64,000 nucleotides of DNA from an uncultured Rhizobium sp. GTDB lineage: Bacteria > Pseudomonadota > Alphaproteobacteria > Rickettsiales > UBA1997. Location of the stretch: assembly GCA_964506725.1 (NCBI GenBank), contig CAZDLU010000008.1, forward strand, positions 73 through 64,072, written 5' to 3'. The notes under the pieces are model-generated. The model saw nothing but the letters and a program-made list of their open reading frames with translations. It was not told the origin of the DNA and did no database searches. The number at the start of each line of letters is the position of its first letter. The first letter of the stretch is position 1. Both the position numbers and the translations under genes were made by a program. Positions 44,439 through 53,736 of the stretch are shown here, piece after piece.

Positions 44439-45491
44439 TTATTTAACTTTAGAAATCCAGTTTGGATCGCAATTAACGTTATATTTTTCAGGATCAAGAT
44501 TGGCTTTAATCCAAAGACGAAAAGCTATTATAAAGTCCTTATCTAAGCCTCGTAATTCTTTAAAGTTTGGTAAAGTCTTTAAGATAGCGCCAATCGCATT
44601 TTCACGAAGATTCATTGTCACACTATCATCAACAACATTATCCATATGTTTTAGTGCATTGATACAGAACATATCATTAATTTCTTTTCCTATTTCCGGA
44701 ATTGTTTTCTTTGGATCGTTTTCAGACTTGAGAACATAATCGGTAAAGTTTTCTTCCTCCTTATCCTTAATAAGTTGGCATAAAATTACATCAGCTGCCC
44801 CTGCAAGGGTTATTGAAGAAATGAGATCTTGACCTTTGAGAAACAAAATAATTGCTGTTTGAAGCTGGAATTCTGCTAAATCTATAATTTTATATGCTTT
44901 TGTAGAAGTATTTTTATCAATTTGATTTGGTAAAACTTCATGAGGTTTAGCTTTTTGACCATTTTTTTTCTCAAGTTGTTTTATTAACGGTTCATAATCT
45001 TTCATCATTTTTTGACCATCTTTCACTACCCATAAATAATTCAAAAAATTTCTTATGGCAGGCTCATTATCACCATATAGCTTGATGTGGTCGAGAACTG
45101 CAGCAGTAATTGCTTTCTCTGATGCATCTTCCCAATCCATCTCTAATTCATCTGGACAATTTTCCCCCTTATGTCTTAGCGAATAGATTCCAGTAATAGT
45201 TCTGAAGTGATTAATATATTTTGATTTTGAGTGAGCATCGTGCCCAAAAAGTTTTTGAAATAATGTCCGTCCATATTCAAAAAATGACTGCTGACCGCTA
45301 AATTCTAGAATTTTATGAAGAAGTTCTCCTGCTGCTCCAGCTAGAGTAACCGCTGATGGTAAATCTATTCTATTGAGAAATAACCAAATTGCTGTGTGAA
45401 GCTGCTGCTTTGCTATTTCACTTTTACTATAAGTCTTCTCAATATCTGCCCAAGAGTGATTTATTTTTTTCCAATAATCTGTTTCCATCAA
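44439..45491 (-). CDS. hypothetical protein made of two tandem homologous helical domains
   Basis: 350 aa. Half 1 QQLHTAIWLFLNRIDLPSAVTLAGAAGELLHKIL...IYSLRHKG. Half 2 FQLQTAIILFLKGQDLISSITLAGAADVILCQLI...INALKHMD. No family recognised. Confidence 0.6.
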   Translation of the reverse strand: MMETDYWKKINHSWADIEKTYSKSEIAKQQLHTAIWLFLNRIDLPSAVTLAGAAGELLHKILEFSGQQSFFEYGRTLFQKLFGHDAHSKSKYINHFRTITGIYSLRHKGENCPDELEMDWEDASEKAITAAVLDHIKLYGDNEPAIRNFLNYLWVVKDGQKMMKDYEPLIKQLEKKNGQKAKPHEVLPNQIDKNTSTKAYKIIDLAEFQLQTAIILFLKGQDLISSITLAGAADVILCQLIKDKEEENFTDYVLKSENDPKKTIPEIGKEINDMFCINALKHMDNVVDDSVTMNLRENAIGAILKTLPNFKELRGLDKDFIIAFRLWIKANLDPEKYNVNCDPNWISKVK

Positions 45492-45559
45492 TAATTGTTA
45501 ATTAAGTTGCTAGGTGAACTAACCGACAGTTTATCTAATAGAAATCTTCTTTCAATATT

Positions 45560-46100
45560 TGACTAGAAATTCTCTAAATCTCCATTTCACGTTCACCGAA
45601 TTTTGATCACTAATATCAAGGCTTTACACAGTACGATTACAAAAAAATCTCCAATTTTCTCCGCTTTCCTGAGCAAAAAAAACAAATTTTCCAGCAATTG
45701 AAAATTCTCTGAGAAGTTTGCAAAAAGGTTCACCCGCTATGCAGTTATGTTTTCGAACTTTTTTGAGTAGAAGTGACCTAAAGCCAGTATTTACCGATGC
45801 GTACCGTTTTTAAAAAGGTGAACGTGAAGCAAAAAAATAGGGGTAAAAAATGGTAAAATTGAGGGGATTTTGAGAGAAAAATTTAATTTTTCTAACTCAC
45901 GGTGAACATCGATGCAGCTTTGATTTGTAAGGGTTTGTGAGGCTAAAATAGATGAAAAAAAGTAGTGGCGGGGCAGCTGATACAATTTGCGAACCATTCT
46001 CCAATCGTGGAAACCCTTGATTTTATTAGCTTCTCATGCGTACCGAAAAGTTAGAGAAAAATCATCTGGGTGCGGTTGATATAACCTGCGAACTTTTTGC
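45560..46100 (+). repeat. island boundary repeat, copy B (extended ~540-bp unit)
   Basis: Left part atctccatttcacgttcaccgaattttgatcac...; core with ggtgaacgtgaag and tggcgg-ggcagctgatacaatttgcgaacc (45966-45995); right part ...gggtgcggttgatataacctgcgaact. Collinear with copy C. Confidence 0.75.
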
Positions 46101-46187
46101 TGCTTTTGTTAAAAGTGCTCTGAAGCCTTGCTTATACTGGTCATTTCATGTTTACCTTCTGATCGGTTAGAAATTCCAAAACTACGA

Positions 46188-49100
46188 TCAAGAATTTTTA
46201 AACTCTGCCTGATAGTTGCCAGCAATTTTGGATTTTTTATTCAAGATGTAAGAGCCATTGATTTCAAGCCTGCCAAAGTTTCTTGAGTGACCGCCAATCA
46301 TCAATTTTTCACCAATTAACGTCCAAAAAATAGAACAATTATTTTCGTTTAAGAAAGTGCTGAAACTTTTTTTATCGATTAATAATGCTGAAGGATATTT
46401 TTTCTCAAAAATATCTGTAGTGAATGCAATTAAGTTATCTTCTTTATCAAAGAATCTGCCATCAAAATTTTGATGTAGATGCATTCTGTCGATGATCCAC
46501 TTGCAAGGAAGGCTAATTGAGATACCCTTATTCAATGAGTAATCTAAGGAGTTTGAGTAAGAGTCATCAGTTACGATCATTGGAATTTTTGATTCGTTTG
46601 GCTTCACTCCAACATTGTAATCTTCCTTCCTCAAATCTTGAAACGCAGAGTAATCAGGATATTCTCCTAAAAACGTTTCATAAAAAGAGTATGATTCAGG
46701 CATCCATCTTCCATAAAAATTAGTTTTTTTCATCCAGCTAAGCAGATTTTTAGAGTCTTCGTTTTTTACGATATAACTTTTTGTCATGTACCAAAGCTGC
46801 TGAACTGGTACATTATATTTATCGATGATTTCAGGTTGAATCTCGTCTTCCCATTGCATGTAGCTCTCTAGGACTAGCCATTCTTTGCCATTATCATCCG
46901 TAATTGAAATTATATTGGCTGGATTCGGCAAATCTTTTTCATTCCTCATCCATTCGTTATTATTTTTCTTCTTCTGCCAACCTCTGTAACGACCACCTGA
47001 TGATTTCCATTTTGAAAAAGTTACCAATTCTTTGAGGTGATCATCATTTCTTACGATGAATGATGGATCAACGTCTCTTAAATGGGGATGCCAAGGACCC
47101 TTATATTGTTTCTTCGATTTATCCCAATCGTTTCCATTAAATGCGAAATGATCTGATAATAATGCAGTAAATTCGTGATAAGCTATCAGTCGATATTTTT
47201 CCCATATTCTTTCAGAAACATTTTCTGTTTCACTTCCATAATATCTGCCTACCCTTTTATCAAACTCTCCGTGTAAGTCTGGATCATATCCCAATTCTAT
47301 TACTCGGTTAAAAATCCATCTTTTTGCAGTTTCTTTATCAAAAGATTTAAGCGGATCAATTAAATGACCTCGATCATCAAGAAATGGTTCTATCTCATTT
47401 TCAAAGTGATTTTTCTTCGTTGGAGACAGAGATTGTTTAAAGGTTACAAGAAATTTTTTCTGCTTTGTAATTCTTGCTTTCTTTCTTTTATTTTCCGCGA
47501 TTTGAAGGGTTTTTAAATGTTTCTCATCTTTGACGCCTACAAAATTAATTTTAATTTTCGGCATGTCGTCTACCAAAGATAAATTCCAGAACATGGAGTT
47601 TATTGCAGTGCCAAGCAGTTCTTTTTGCTCTTGCGATAAACTCTCTTTAAATTTTTCAAAAAGTTTTTCTCTATCTGGTTCGCCACGATATAATTTTCTG
47701 CTGCTCCAAGCTGATATTTGCATGTGCTTGTCAAAGTCTCCATATCCAGTTATGGAAAACTGCAAATTCGAAAATTTTGAGTTGTCGTCCTTTAAGTTAA
47801 ATTCTTTCTCCAAAAATTGCTGAGTAGGAATTTCGGGCCATTTACTTTTATAGGGAGGGTTAACCTTTTTCTCTAAAATGTTTTTTGGGCAAGTATCGTG
47901 TTTTAGCGCTACCTCGATAATGCCGCGCGCATAATCCCGAAGTAAAATATGTACAGGCGGTCTGTTGCTTTCAAAAATATTTTTATACACCCATTCGGCC
48001 AATTTTTTTAAACCAGCTTTGTTTGATGTATTTCTTAAGGCGCAACCATACGCAACCGCATATAATCTTTCTGCCACATAAGGATCGTTTACTTCTTTAA
48101 ATTCTTCTAAGATTTCAGAAATTAATTCTATTCTGTTATCTAAAATCGAGACCAATCCTTTTGTTGCCTTTCCCCTAACAAGTTTATTTGAGGATGTTAA
48201 GAACCAAGATAATGCTATAGAAACAAGAACTACTGAATCTTCATTTATATTTGATTTATTATGAGGTGACCAAGACCAATCCAACAATCTGCTGACAGCT
48301 TCATGTTCTCCATGTCCATAGTGCAAAAATGATAGCCACCATGAATCTCGCTGAGGCATAGTAAGTTTTGATAAGTACCTATGTAAAAATCTTGCATTAA
48401 ATGGATGATCTTTAATCGGAGAAACCGATAGAAAAGCATTTAATAATTTGTGATGTTCGGACTCTGTTCTGATGTATTTATTTATAATCTTCCTAACTTT
48501 CTCGAAAGAAAAGTCTTTAGGATTTCTCCATATTATGCTTGAGATAAAAGCATCTACAGCAGTACTTCTGAGATAGTCATCTGTCACCAAATACGGAGCG
48601 GCTTCGATGAATTCTATTTGTTGCAATTGCTCTGGGCATTCAATAGATAGAGCCTCGATAATGCCGTGGTTCCATGAGGTAGATATAAATTTTCCAAGAT
48701 CAGTACTCTTTGAAAAAAATGATCTAGCCTGGTTGATAATTTCCGTCCGGTTACGACCTTTATTTGATTTGTCAAATTGAGCCCTATATTGCTTAAAAAT
48801 ATATCTGGCTATGATGTGATCGCTGAATTTCTGAAAAGGAAACCTAACATTAAATTTACCCTTATTCTCGTAGTCTGGAACTCTTGTAATTAGCATGCTC
48901 TTTTCGAGCTGAATAATAAAAGCAGGAATATCATTAATCTCAGGATGGGATTCCTGAATAATTCTTACCAAGTCATCCTCTGGTATTCTGTCTTGATTCT
49001 TCTTAGCCATTTCTTCGGCAATTTTTTCTATCACCGTATCCCAAACAAAATATTGTCCTTTTGTATTTCGTCCTGTTTTTAGCCCTAGCTTCGCAGCAAC

Positions 49101-50381
49101 TTTATCAGCTGCCTCTTTCACGAAAGATTCAAAAATATGAGTTAGCCCAACTTGGCCTCTAAATGGTTTTTTCTTTTTAATTTCATTTACGGTTTTGTTT
49201 TTGAGTTGACCTTGCAGAGGATTATTAAAATCTCTTTTTTTATCCCCAAATGCTTCACAAAATAATAACAGAAAAAGTGGGTTTGTAAATTCTGGCGTTA
49301 AAAGCGGTATCTCCGGCAATGGTATAGAAAATGCCGTAAAAAATTTATTAACCGCTTCCCATTCTTTAAAGTGCAGGCCACGATGCTCTTCTGAAATAAA
49401 CAATAATTTTTGTTCTTCGTTTAAAACTTGGTTTTCAAAACCAGAGCGGATGCTTACAGCCAATGCAACATGAGGATATTTTTTTACTGCCGAAATTATA
49501 GATGAGATATTTTTTTGCCAAAAATCATGAGTTTTTGTTTCGTTTAAAGCATCCACAATTAATAGAGACCGACTCTCACTCTTCTTGCCAAGTTCATTCA
49601 ATTTTTGTAAGAAATGATCCTTATTACTAAAAGTATTACTAAGTCCTAATTGCTCTATAATCTGTAGCCAAACATCACCCTTATCTGAAAAATTTTCGCC
49701 AAATACCAGAATTGTAGGCAAGATTTTATTTTCGTTGCTTACTCTTCGCGCAACTAAATCACAGAATAAGTGTGTTTTTCCATTTCCAGCCGAGCCAGTA
49801 AGTAGTAAGAATTGATTATTTGACAGGCTAGCTTGTGAGCTAGAGGCTAACTCTTTTAAGTTGTTAACTATGCTTTGAGCTGCGTAAGAGTGGTTAATGC
49901 AGGAATTATACTTGCTCTCCAAAGAAGGCCTGTGCCCGTTAGCTATTACCGGCTCAGCTTCCTCATCCTTTTTTATCTGTTCTTTATCCTCCGCTGCCTT
50001 TCTTAGTTCTCTGACAAGTTCCCACGAAGCTTCTAAGAATGATTCTGAAGCTTCAGAAATTTTGTTCCATGGAATGACTTTGGTATTATATTTTTTGACA
50101 CCTGAAAGAATTTCGGATAGTGATTTTAGTCTAGTTCTAACGAGATCATAGTTTTTTTGTATCTCGTCATTTTTATATTTGCTGGCAATGTAATTGACTT
50201 CTTTCAGAAGTTTGCCGTGCTGCTTTCTGATCCTAAAATAAAATTCTTCTGTTCTGCTGATTCCATCAAAAATTTCAGAAATTGGCAAATCAACATTTAG
50301 CTCCGAAGTGTACCTTGGGCCGGCTTTTTGTTTGATTTCTTTTAGATGAGTTCTGTGCCAAATTTTATTATCCATGATCAT
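46188..50381 (-). CDS. giant STAND-like P-loop NTPase with HEAT-like repeats and a large uncharacterised C-terminal region (candidate single-gene defence protein)
   Basis: 1397 aa. Walker A LLLTGSAGNGKTHLF (~aa 194-208), Walker B SLLIVDALNE. A winged-helix-like segment. HEAT-like stretch (NKLVRGKATKGLVSIL...VNDPYVAERLYAVAYG). About 550 C-terminal aa with no recognisable motifs. Confidence 0.7.
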   Translation of the reverse strand: MIMDNKIWHRTHLKEIKQKAGPRYTSELNVDLPISEIFDGISRTEEFYFRIRKQHGKLLKEVNYIASKYKNDEIQKNYDLVRTRLKSLSEILSGVKKYNTKVIPWNKISEASESFLEASWELVRELRKAAEDKEQIKKDEEAEPVIANGHRPSLESKYNSCINHSYAAQSIVNNLKELASSSQASLSNNQFLLLTGSAGNGKTHLFCDLVARRVSNENKILPTILVFGENFSDKGDVWLQIIEQLGLSNTFSNKDHFLQKLNELGKKSESRSLLIVDALNETKTHDFWQKNISSIISAVKKYPHVALAVSIRSGFENQVLNEEQKLLFISEEHRGLHFKEWEAVNKFFTAFSIPLPEIPLLTPEFTNPLFLLLFCEAFGDKKRDFNNPLQGQLKNKTVNEIKKKKPFRGQVGLTHIFESFVKEAADKVAAKLGLKTGRNTKGQYFVWDTVIEKIAEEMAKKNQDRIPEDDLVRIIQESHPEINDIPAFIIQLEKSMLITRVPDYENKGKFNVRFPFQKFSDHIIARYIFKQYRAQFDKSNKGRNRTEIINQARSFFSKSTDLGKFISTSWNHGIIEALSIECPEQLQQIEFIEAAPYLVTDDYLRSTAVDAFISSIIWRNPKDFSFEKVRKIINKYIRTESEHHKLLNAFLSVSPIKDHPFNARFLHRYLSKLTMPQRDSWWLSFLHYGHGEHEAVSRLLDWSWSPHNKSNINEDSVVLVSIALSWFLTSSNKLVRGKATKGLVSILDNRIELISEILEEFKEVNDPYVAERLYAVAYGCALRNTSNKAGLKKLAEWVYKNIFESNRPPVHILLRDYARGIIEVALKHDTCPKNILEKKVNPPYKSKWPEIPTQQFLEKEFNLKDDNSKFSNLQFSITGYGDFDKHMQISAWSSRKLYRGEPDREKLFEKFKESLSQEQKELLGTAINSMFWNLSLVDDMPKIKINFVGVKDEKHLKTLQIAENKRKKARITKQKKFLVTFKQSLSPTKKNHFENEIEPFLDDRGHLIDPLKSFDKETAKRWIFNRVIELGYDPDLHGEFDKRVGRYYGSETENVSERIWEKYRLIAYHEFTALLSDHFAFNGNDWDKSKKQYKGPWHPHLRDVDPSFIVRNDDHLKELVTFSKWKSSGGRYRGWQKKKNNNEWMRNEKDLPNPANIISITDDNGKEWLVLESYMQWEDEIQPEIIDKYNVPVQQLWYMTKSYIVKNEDSKNLLSWMKKTNFYGRWMPESYSFYETFLGEYPDYSAFQDLRKEDYNVGVKPNESKIPMIVTDDSYSNSLDYSLNKGISISLPCKWIIDRMHLHQNFDGRFFDKEDNLIAFTTDIFEKKYPSALLIDKKSFSTFLNENNCSIFWTLIGEKLMIGGHSRNFGRLEINGSYILNKKSKIAGNYQAEFKNS

Positions 50382-50454
50382 ATTTTAAATTACATTCAGT
50401 CTGCAGAATAATATTTTTGTCTAGATTTGGATGCAGGGCAATAAAAAATTCAGC

Positions 50455-51040
50455 AAAATCTAAATAATCTCCAAATCTCCGTTTCATGTACACCGAATTT
50501 TGATCAGCAAAATCAAGGCCTCACATAATATTATTCGTAAAAAATTCTCTGATTTTCTTTATTTCAAAAACATTTCAGCTACACAGTCAGCCCCTCAAAC
50601 AAAAGTTCGCAGGTTATATCAACTGCCACCACTTTGAGAAGTTCGATGAAAAAGCTACGAGACCAGTATTTATCGATGTGTACCTTTTTCACGCGGTAAA
50701 CGTGAAACGGAGAAATGGAGACAAAAATTGCTGAAAAATTGCAAAATTTTGGAAATTTTTCGGGGAGTTTTTGAGCGGAAGGTAAACGTGAAATGTAAGT
50801 CGTAAAATCTGCGGAGCGTTGCCAATAAAGGCGGGATCAGGCGCGTTGAGAATTTTTAAAAATTTACTCGGAGATTTTGGTTCGCAAAAAAAGTAGTGGC
50901 GGTGGATGGGGGTTAGTTTGCTAAATTGGTCGCACTTTTTTGGAATCAGTAAAATCAAGGTTTCAAAGCCATTTTCATCCATACCGAAAAGTTCGATAAA
51001 AATCAGATGCTTTCACCTCAACCACTTTGCGAAACTTCGT
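50455..51040 (+). repeat. island boundary repeat, copy C (extended ~585-bp unit)
   Basis: Left part atctccgtttcatgtacaccgaattttgatcagc...; core gaagttcgatgaaaaa...ccagtatttatcgatgtgtacc...ggtaaacgtgaaac...ggtaaacgtgaaatg...ggttcgcaaaaaaagtag-tggcgg-tggatggggg (50897-); right part ...accgaaaagttcgataaaaatcag.... Confidence 0.75.
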
Positions 51041-51051
51041 AAGGGTTTTTG

Positions 51052-51067
51052 CCGTGAGTTCGAATCT
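51052..51067 (+). repeat. inverted 16-nt copy of the tRNA-Ser T-arm
   Basis: ccgtgagttcgaatct on the plus strand is identical to the T-stem/loop segment of the minus-strand tRNA-Ser at about 62196-62211. The downstream acceptor part is degenerate. Confidence 0.6.
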
Positions 51068-51187
51068 TCCTGCGCTACACAAATTGGACATAATTGGACA
51101 TTTTTGTGGATATTTGCTGATTTGTTAAACCGATTGCCTTATAGTAGCAATATTGCATAAATCGCAATGTTTCTACTATGACATGCA

Positions 51188-51226
51188 TTGACTTTTGCAT
51201 TTTTAATGATATTATAGTCGTATAAT
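51188..51226 (+). promoter_or_regulatory. putative sigma-70 promoter of the abiE operon
   Basis: TTGACT (51188-51193), a 16-17 nt spacer, TATTAT/ATTATA (51210-51216), and a second perfect TATAAT at 51221-51226. It lies 25-60 nt upstream of the abiEi ATG and is flanked by atagtag...ctactat repeats. Confidence 0.4.
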
Positions 51227-51250
51227 TACTATTTTAGCAATTTTTCTACT

Positions 51251-52057
51251 ATGGCAAAGTTTTCAGAATATTTAAAAGACTTAAGAAAATCAGGGCGGCT
51301 TTCTTTCACAGTGGATGAGGCTGCGAGCGATTTAAAGATCTCGAAATATAATGCTTTATCTTCGATATGCCGCATAAAAAAACGCGGAGAAATTATCAGT
51401 CCTGCAAAAGGATTTTATGTGATAATCCCACCTGAACATCAATTGCAGGGTTGTTTGCCTGCAGCAGAATTAGTGCCAATTTTAATGCAGCATTTGGGAG
51501 TAAATTATTATGCAGGCTTGCTTAGCGCTGCAATGTATCACGGAGCAACTCATCAAAAGCCAAATTCATTTCAAGTAATTTCTGATAAGCAAATCCGCAA
51601 AAGTTTAAAATTTGGGCAAATAAGCATTGATGTAATTTACAAAAAATCTCTAGCCAATCTTCCTCTAAAAGAAATTGCTGTTGATAGCGGATATTTAAAA
51701 ATTTCCTCACCGGAACTAACCGCTATGGATTTACTACTTTACCCTGAAAGAAGTGGCGGGCTAAATCATATCGCAACTGTTCTATCAGAGTTGGTGCAAT
51801 CAATTGATCTTAAAAAATTGATCGAGCTGGCAAAAATTTCCAACCAAAAATTCTGGCTGCAAAAATTGGGCTATATCTTGGAAAAAATTGATGTCGAAAA
51901 TCTTGATCAGAAGCAGGAAATCATTAACGGTCTGCAAGATTATCTATCTTCGGATAAAAAACTCGTTGCCCTCGCTCCAGAAATTCCAATTAAAGGTTAT
52001 CCAAGATGTAAGAAATGGATGATTATCGAAAACACTTCAATTGAGAGCGACTTATGA
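51251..52057 (+). CDS. abiEi: type IV toxin-antitoxin system antitoxin, AbiEi family
   Basis: 268 aa. N-terminal wHTH (FTVDEAASDLKISKYNALSSICRIKKRGEIISPAKGFY) and C-terminal AbiEi_4-like region (YYAGLLSAAMYHGATHQ). Confidence 0.85.
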   Translation: MAKFSEYLKDLRKSGRLSFTVDEAASDLKISKYNALSSICRIKKRGEIISPAKGFYVIIPPEHQLQGCLPAAELVPILMQHLGVNYYAGLLSAAMYHGATHQKPNSFQVISDKQIRKSLKFGQISIDVIYKKSLANLPLKEIAVDSGYLKISSPELTAMDLLLYPERSGGLNHIATVLSELVQSIDLKKLIELAKISNQKFWLQKLGYILEKIDVENLDQKQEIINGLQDYLSSDKKLVALAPEIPIKGYPRCKKWMIIENTSIESDL

Positions 52058-52869
52058 TTCCAAAGATTTTTATAGAAAAATGGCAACAAAATGCTCCTTG
52101 GCAAAGCCTTGATATGGTTGAGCAAGACTTAATTATTAACAGGGCTTTGGTAAGTCTTTACCAAAATCAGAAAATTAAAGAAAGCCTGATTTTTCGTGGC
52201 GGAACTGCGCTCAATAAAATTTACCTCAAACCCTCAGCGCGTTATAGTGAAGATTTAGATTTTGTCCAAACCAAAGCACAGCCAATTGGTGAAACAATAG
52301 ACGCTATCAGAATCGCACTTAATTGGCTTGGAGAACCAAACCGCCTTTTGACTGAGCGATCAGCAAAGTTAGTTTACAAATATACTTCTGTTAACGGCCT
52401 ACCGATGAAGCTAAAAATTGAAATTAATACCACTGAGCATTTTCAGGTAATGGATATTAACAATGTAGCTTTTGGTTTTGAGTCGAAGTGGTTTAGCGGC
52501 GAAAGCATAGTTGCGGTTAATCAGCTAGAAGAGCTGATGGCAACTAAGATAAGAGCCTTATACCAAAGACGCAAAGGCAGGGATTTATTCGATCTGTGGA
52601 TGGTCTTCAGTAAAGATTTAGCAAACATTGACGAAACGCTGAAAATTTTCAAAAAATATTGCGAGTATGGTGGGTTAAAAATTTCCAAAGATTTGTTTTT
52701 AAAAAACCTCGAATTGAAGCGCTTAAATAAAGACTTCCAGCTTGATATGAATATTTTGCTGCCCCAAGGGTTTCCGCAAACTTTTCCTATTACTTTTCGT
52801 GAGTCAACCAACTGGAATTTTGATGAGGCTTTTGAGTATGTAACAAGTGAAATTATTAACCGAATTTAA
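52054..52869 (+). CDS. abiEii: nucleotidyltransferase toxin, AbiEii/AbiGii family
   Basis: 271 aa. LIFRGGTALNKIYL...RYSEDLDF motif, KIRALYQRRKGRDLFDL. Its start overlaps the abiEi stop by 4 nt. Confidence 0.87.
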   Translation: MIPKIFIEKWQQNAPWQSLDMVEQDLIINRALVSLYQNQKIKESLIFRGGTALNKIYLKPSARYSEDLDFVQTKAQPIGETIDAIRIALNWLGEPNRLLTERSAKLVYKYTSVNGLPMKLKIEINTTEHFQVMDINNVAFGFESKWFSGESIVAVNQLEELMATKIRALYQRRKGRDLFDLWMVFSKDLANIDETLKIFKKYCEYGGLKISKDLFLKNLELKRLNKDFQLDMNILLPQGFPQTFPITFRESTNWNFDEAFEYVTSEIINRI

Positions 52870-52875
52870 TCGTGT

Positions 52876-53736
52876 ATGAAAAAATCGCTAAAATATCTTC
52901 CGGAATCTAAACAAAACGAATTGCAAAAAATCATTTCTGCAATTCAAAAAACTTGTAAAGATGTTGAGAAGATTATTCTGTTTGGTTCTTACGCGCGCGG
53001 GGATTACAAGGAAGCCAAAGACTTAAAAGATGATAGAAGAACTGGTCACATTTCTGACTATGATATTCTGGTGGTGACAGAAAAAAAGAAATCCACAGAC
53101 AAGTTTTCTTCTTGGAATAAAACAGAAAAACTAAAACTAACCGCACCAGTTAGAGCAATCGCTCATGATATTGAAAGCCTGAATATTAACCTTGCCGAAG
53201 GGCAATATTTCTTTACCGACATTAAGAAAGAAGGTATCTCGCTCTTCGATTCTAAAAAATATAAGCTGGCCAATAAAAGAAAATTAAAACCAAAAGAAAA
53301 ACAAAGGATTGCGCAAGATCACTTTGAGGAATGGTTTAGAAGTGCTGTTAATTTTTTTGATGCGTTTGAATTAATGATGTCAAAGGAGCAATATAAAAAT
53401 GCAGCATTTCAATTGCATCAGGTTGCAGAATCATGCTACAAAACAATTCTTTTGGTTTTCACCAATTACAATCCCAACGAGCATTTTCTATGGATGCTGG
53501 GACAAAGATCTGCCAAATATCACCCTGATCTAAAAACTCTTTTTCCTAAAAAAAATCAGAAAGATAAGGATCGATTTAAGCTACTAGATGATGCTTATAT
53601 TGGTGGCAGGTATGATCCGGACTTTCGAATTTCAAAACGTGATTTGGAAATTTTGGCAAAAGATGTGAAGAAATTATTGGAGCTTACTGAAGAAATCTGT
53701 GAGCAAAAAATACAAAGTTTAATCGAGAAAAAATAA
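52876..53736 (+). CDS. fused nucleotidyltransferase (MNT) - HEPN domain protein
   Basis: 286 aa. N-terminal MNT motif (LFGSYARGDYKE...SDYDILVV). C-terminal HEPN-like helical domain (AQDHFEEWFRSAV...AFQLHQVAESCYK...AYIGGRYDPDF). Confidence 0.75.
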   Translation: MKKSLKYLPESKQNELQKIISAIQKTCKDVEKIILFGSYARGDYKEAKDLKDDRRTGHISDYDILVVTEKKKSTDKFSSWNKTEKLKLTAPVRAIAHDIESLNINLAEGQYFFTDIKKEGISLFDSKKYKLANKRKLKPKEKQRIAQDHFEEWFRSAVNFFDAFELMMSKEQYKNAAFQLHQVAESCYKTILLVFTNYNPNEHFLWMLGQRSAKYHPDLKTLFPKKNQKDKDRFKLLDDAYIGGRYDPDFRISKRDLEILAKDVKKLLELTEEICEQKIQSLIEKK

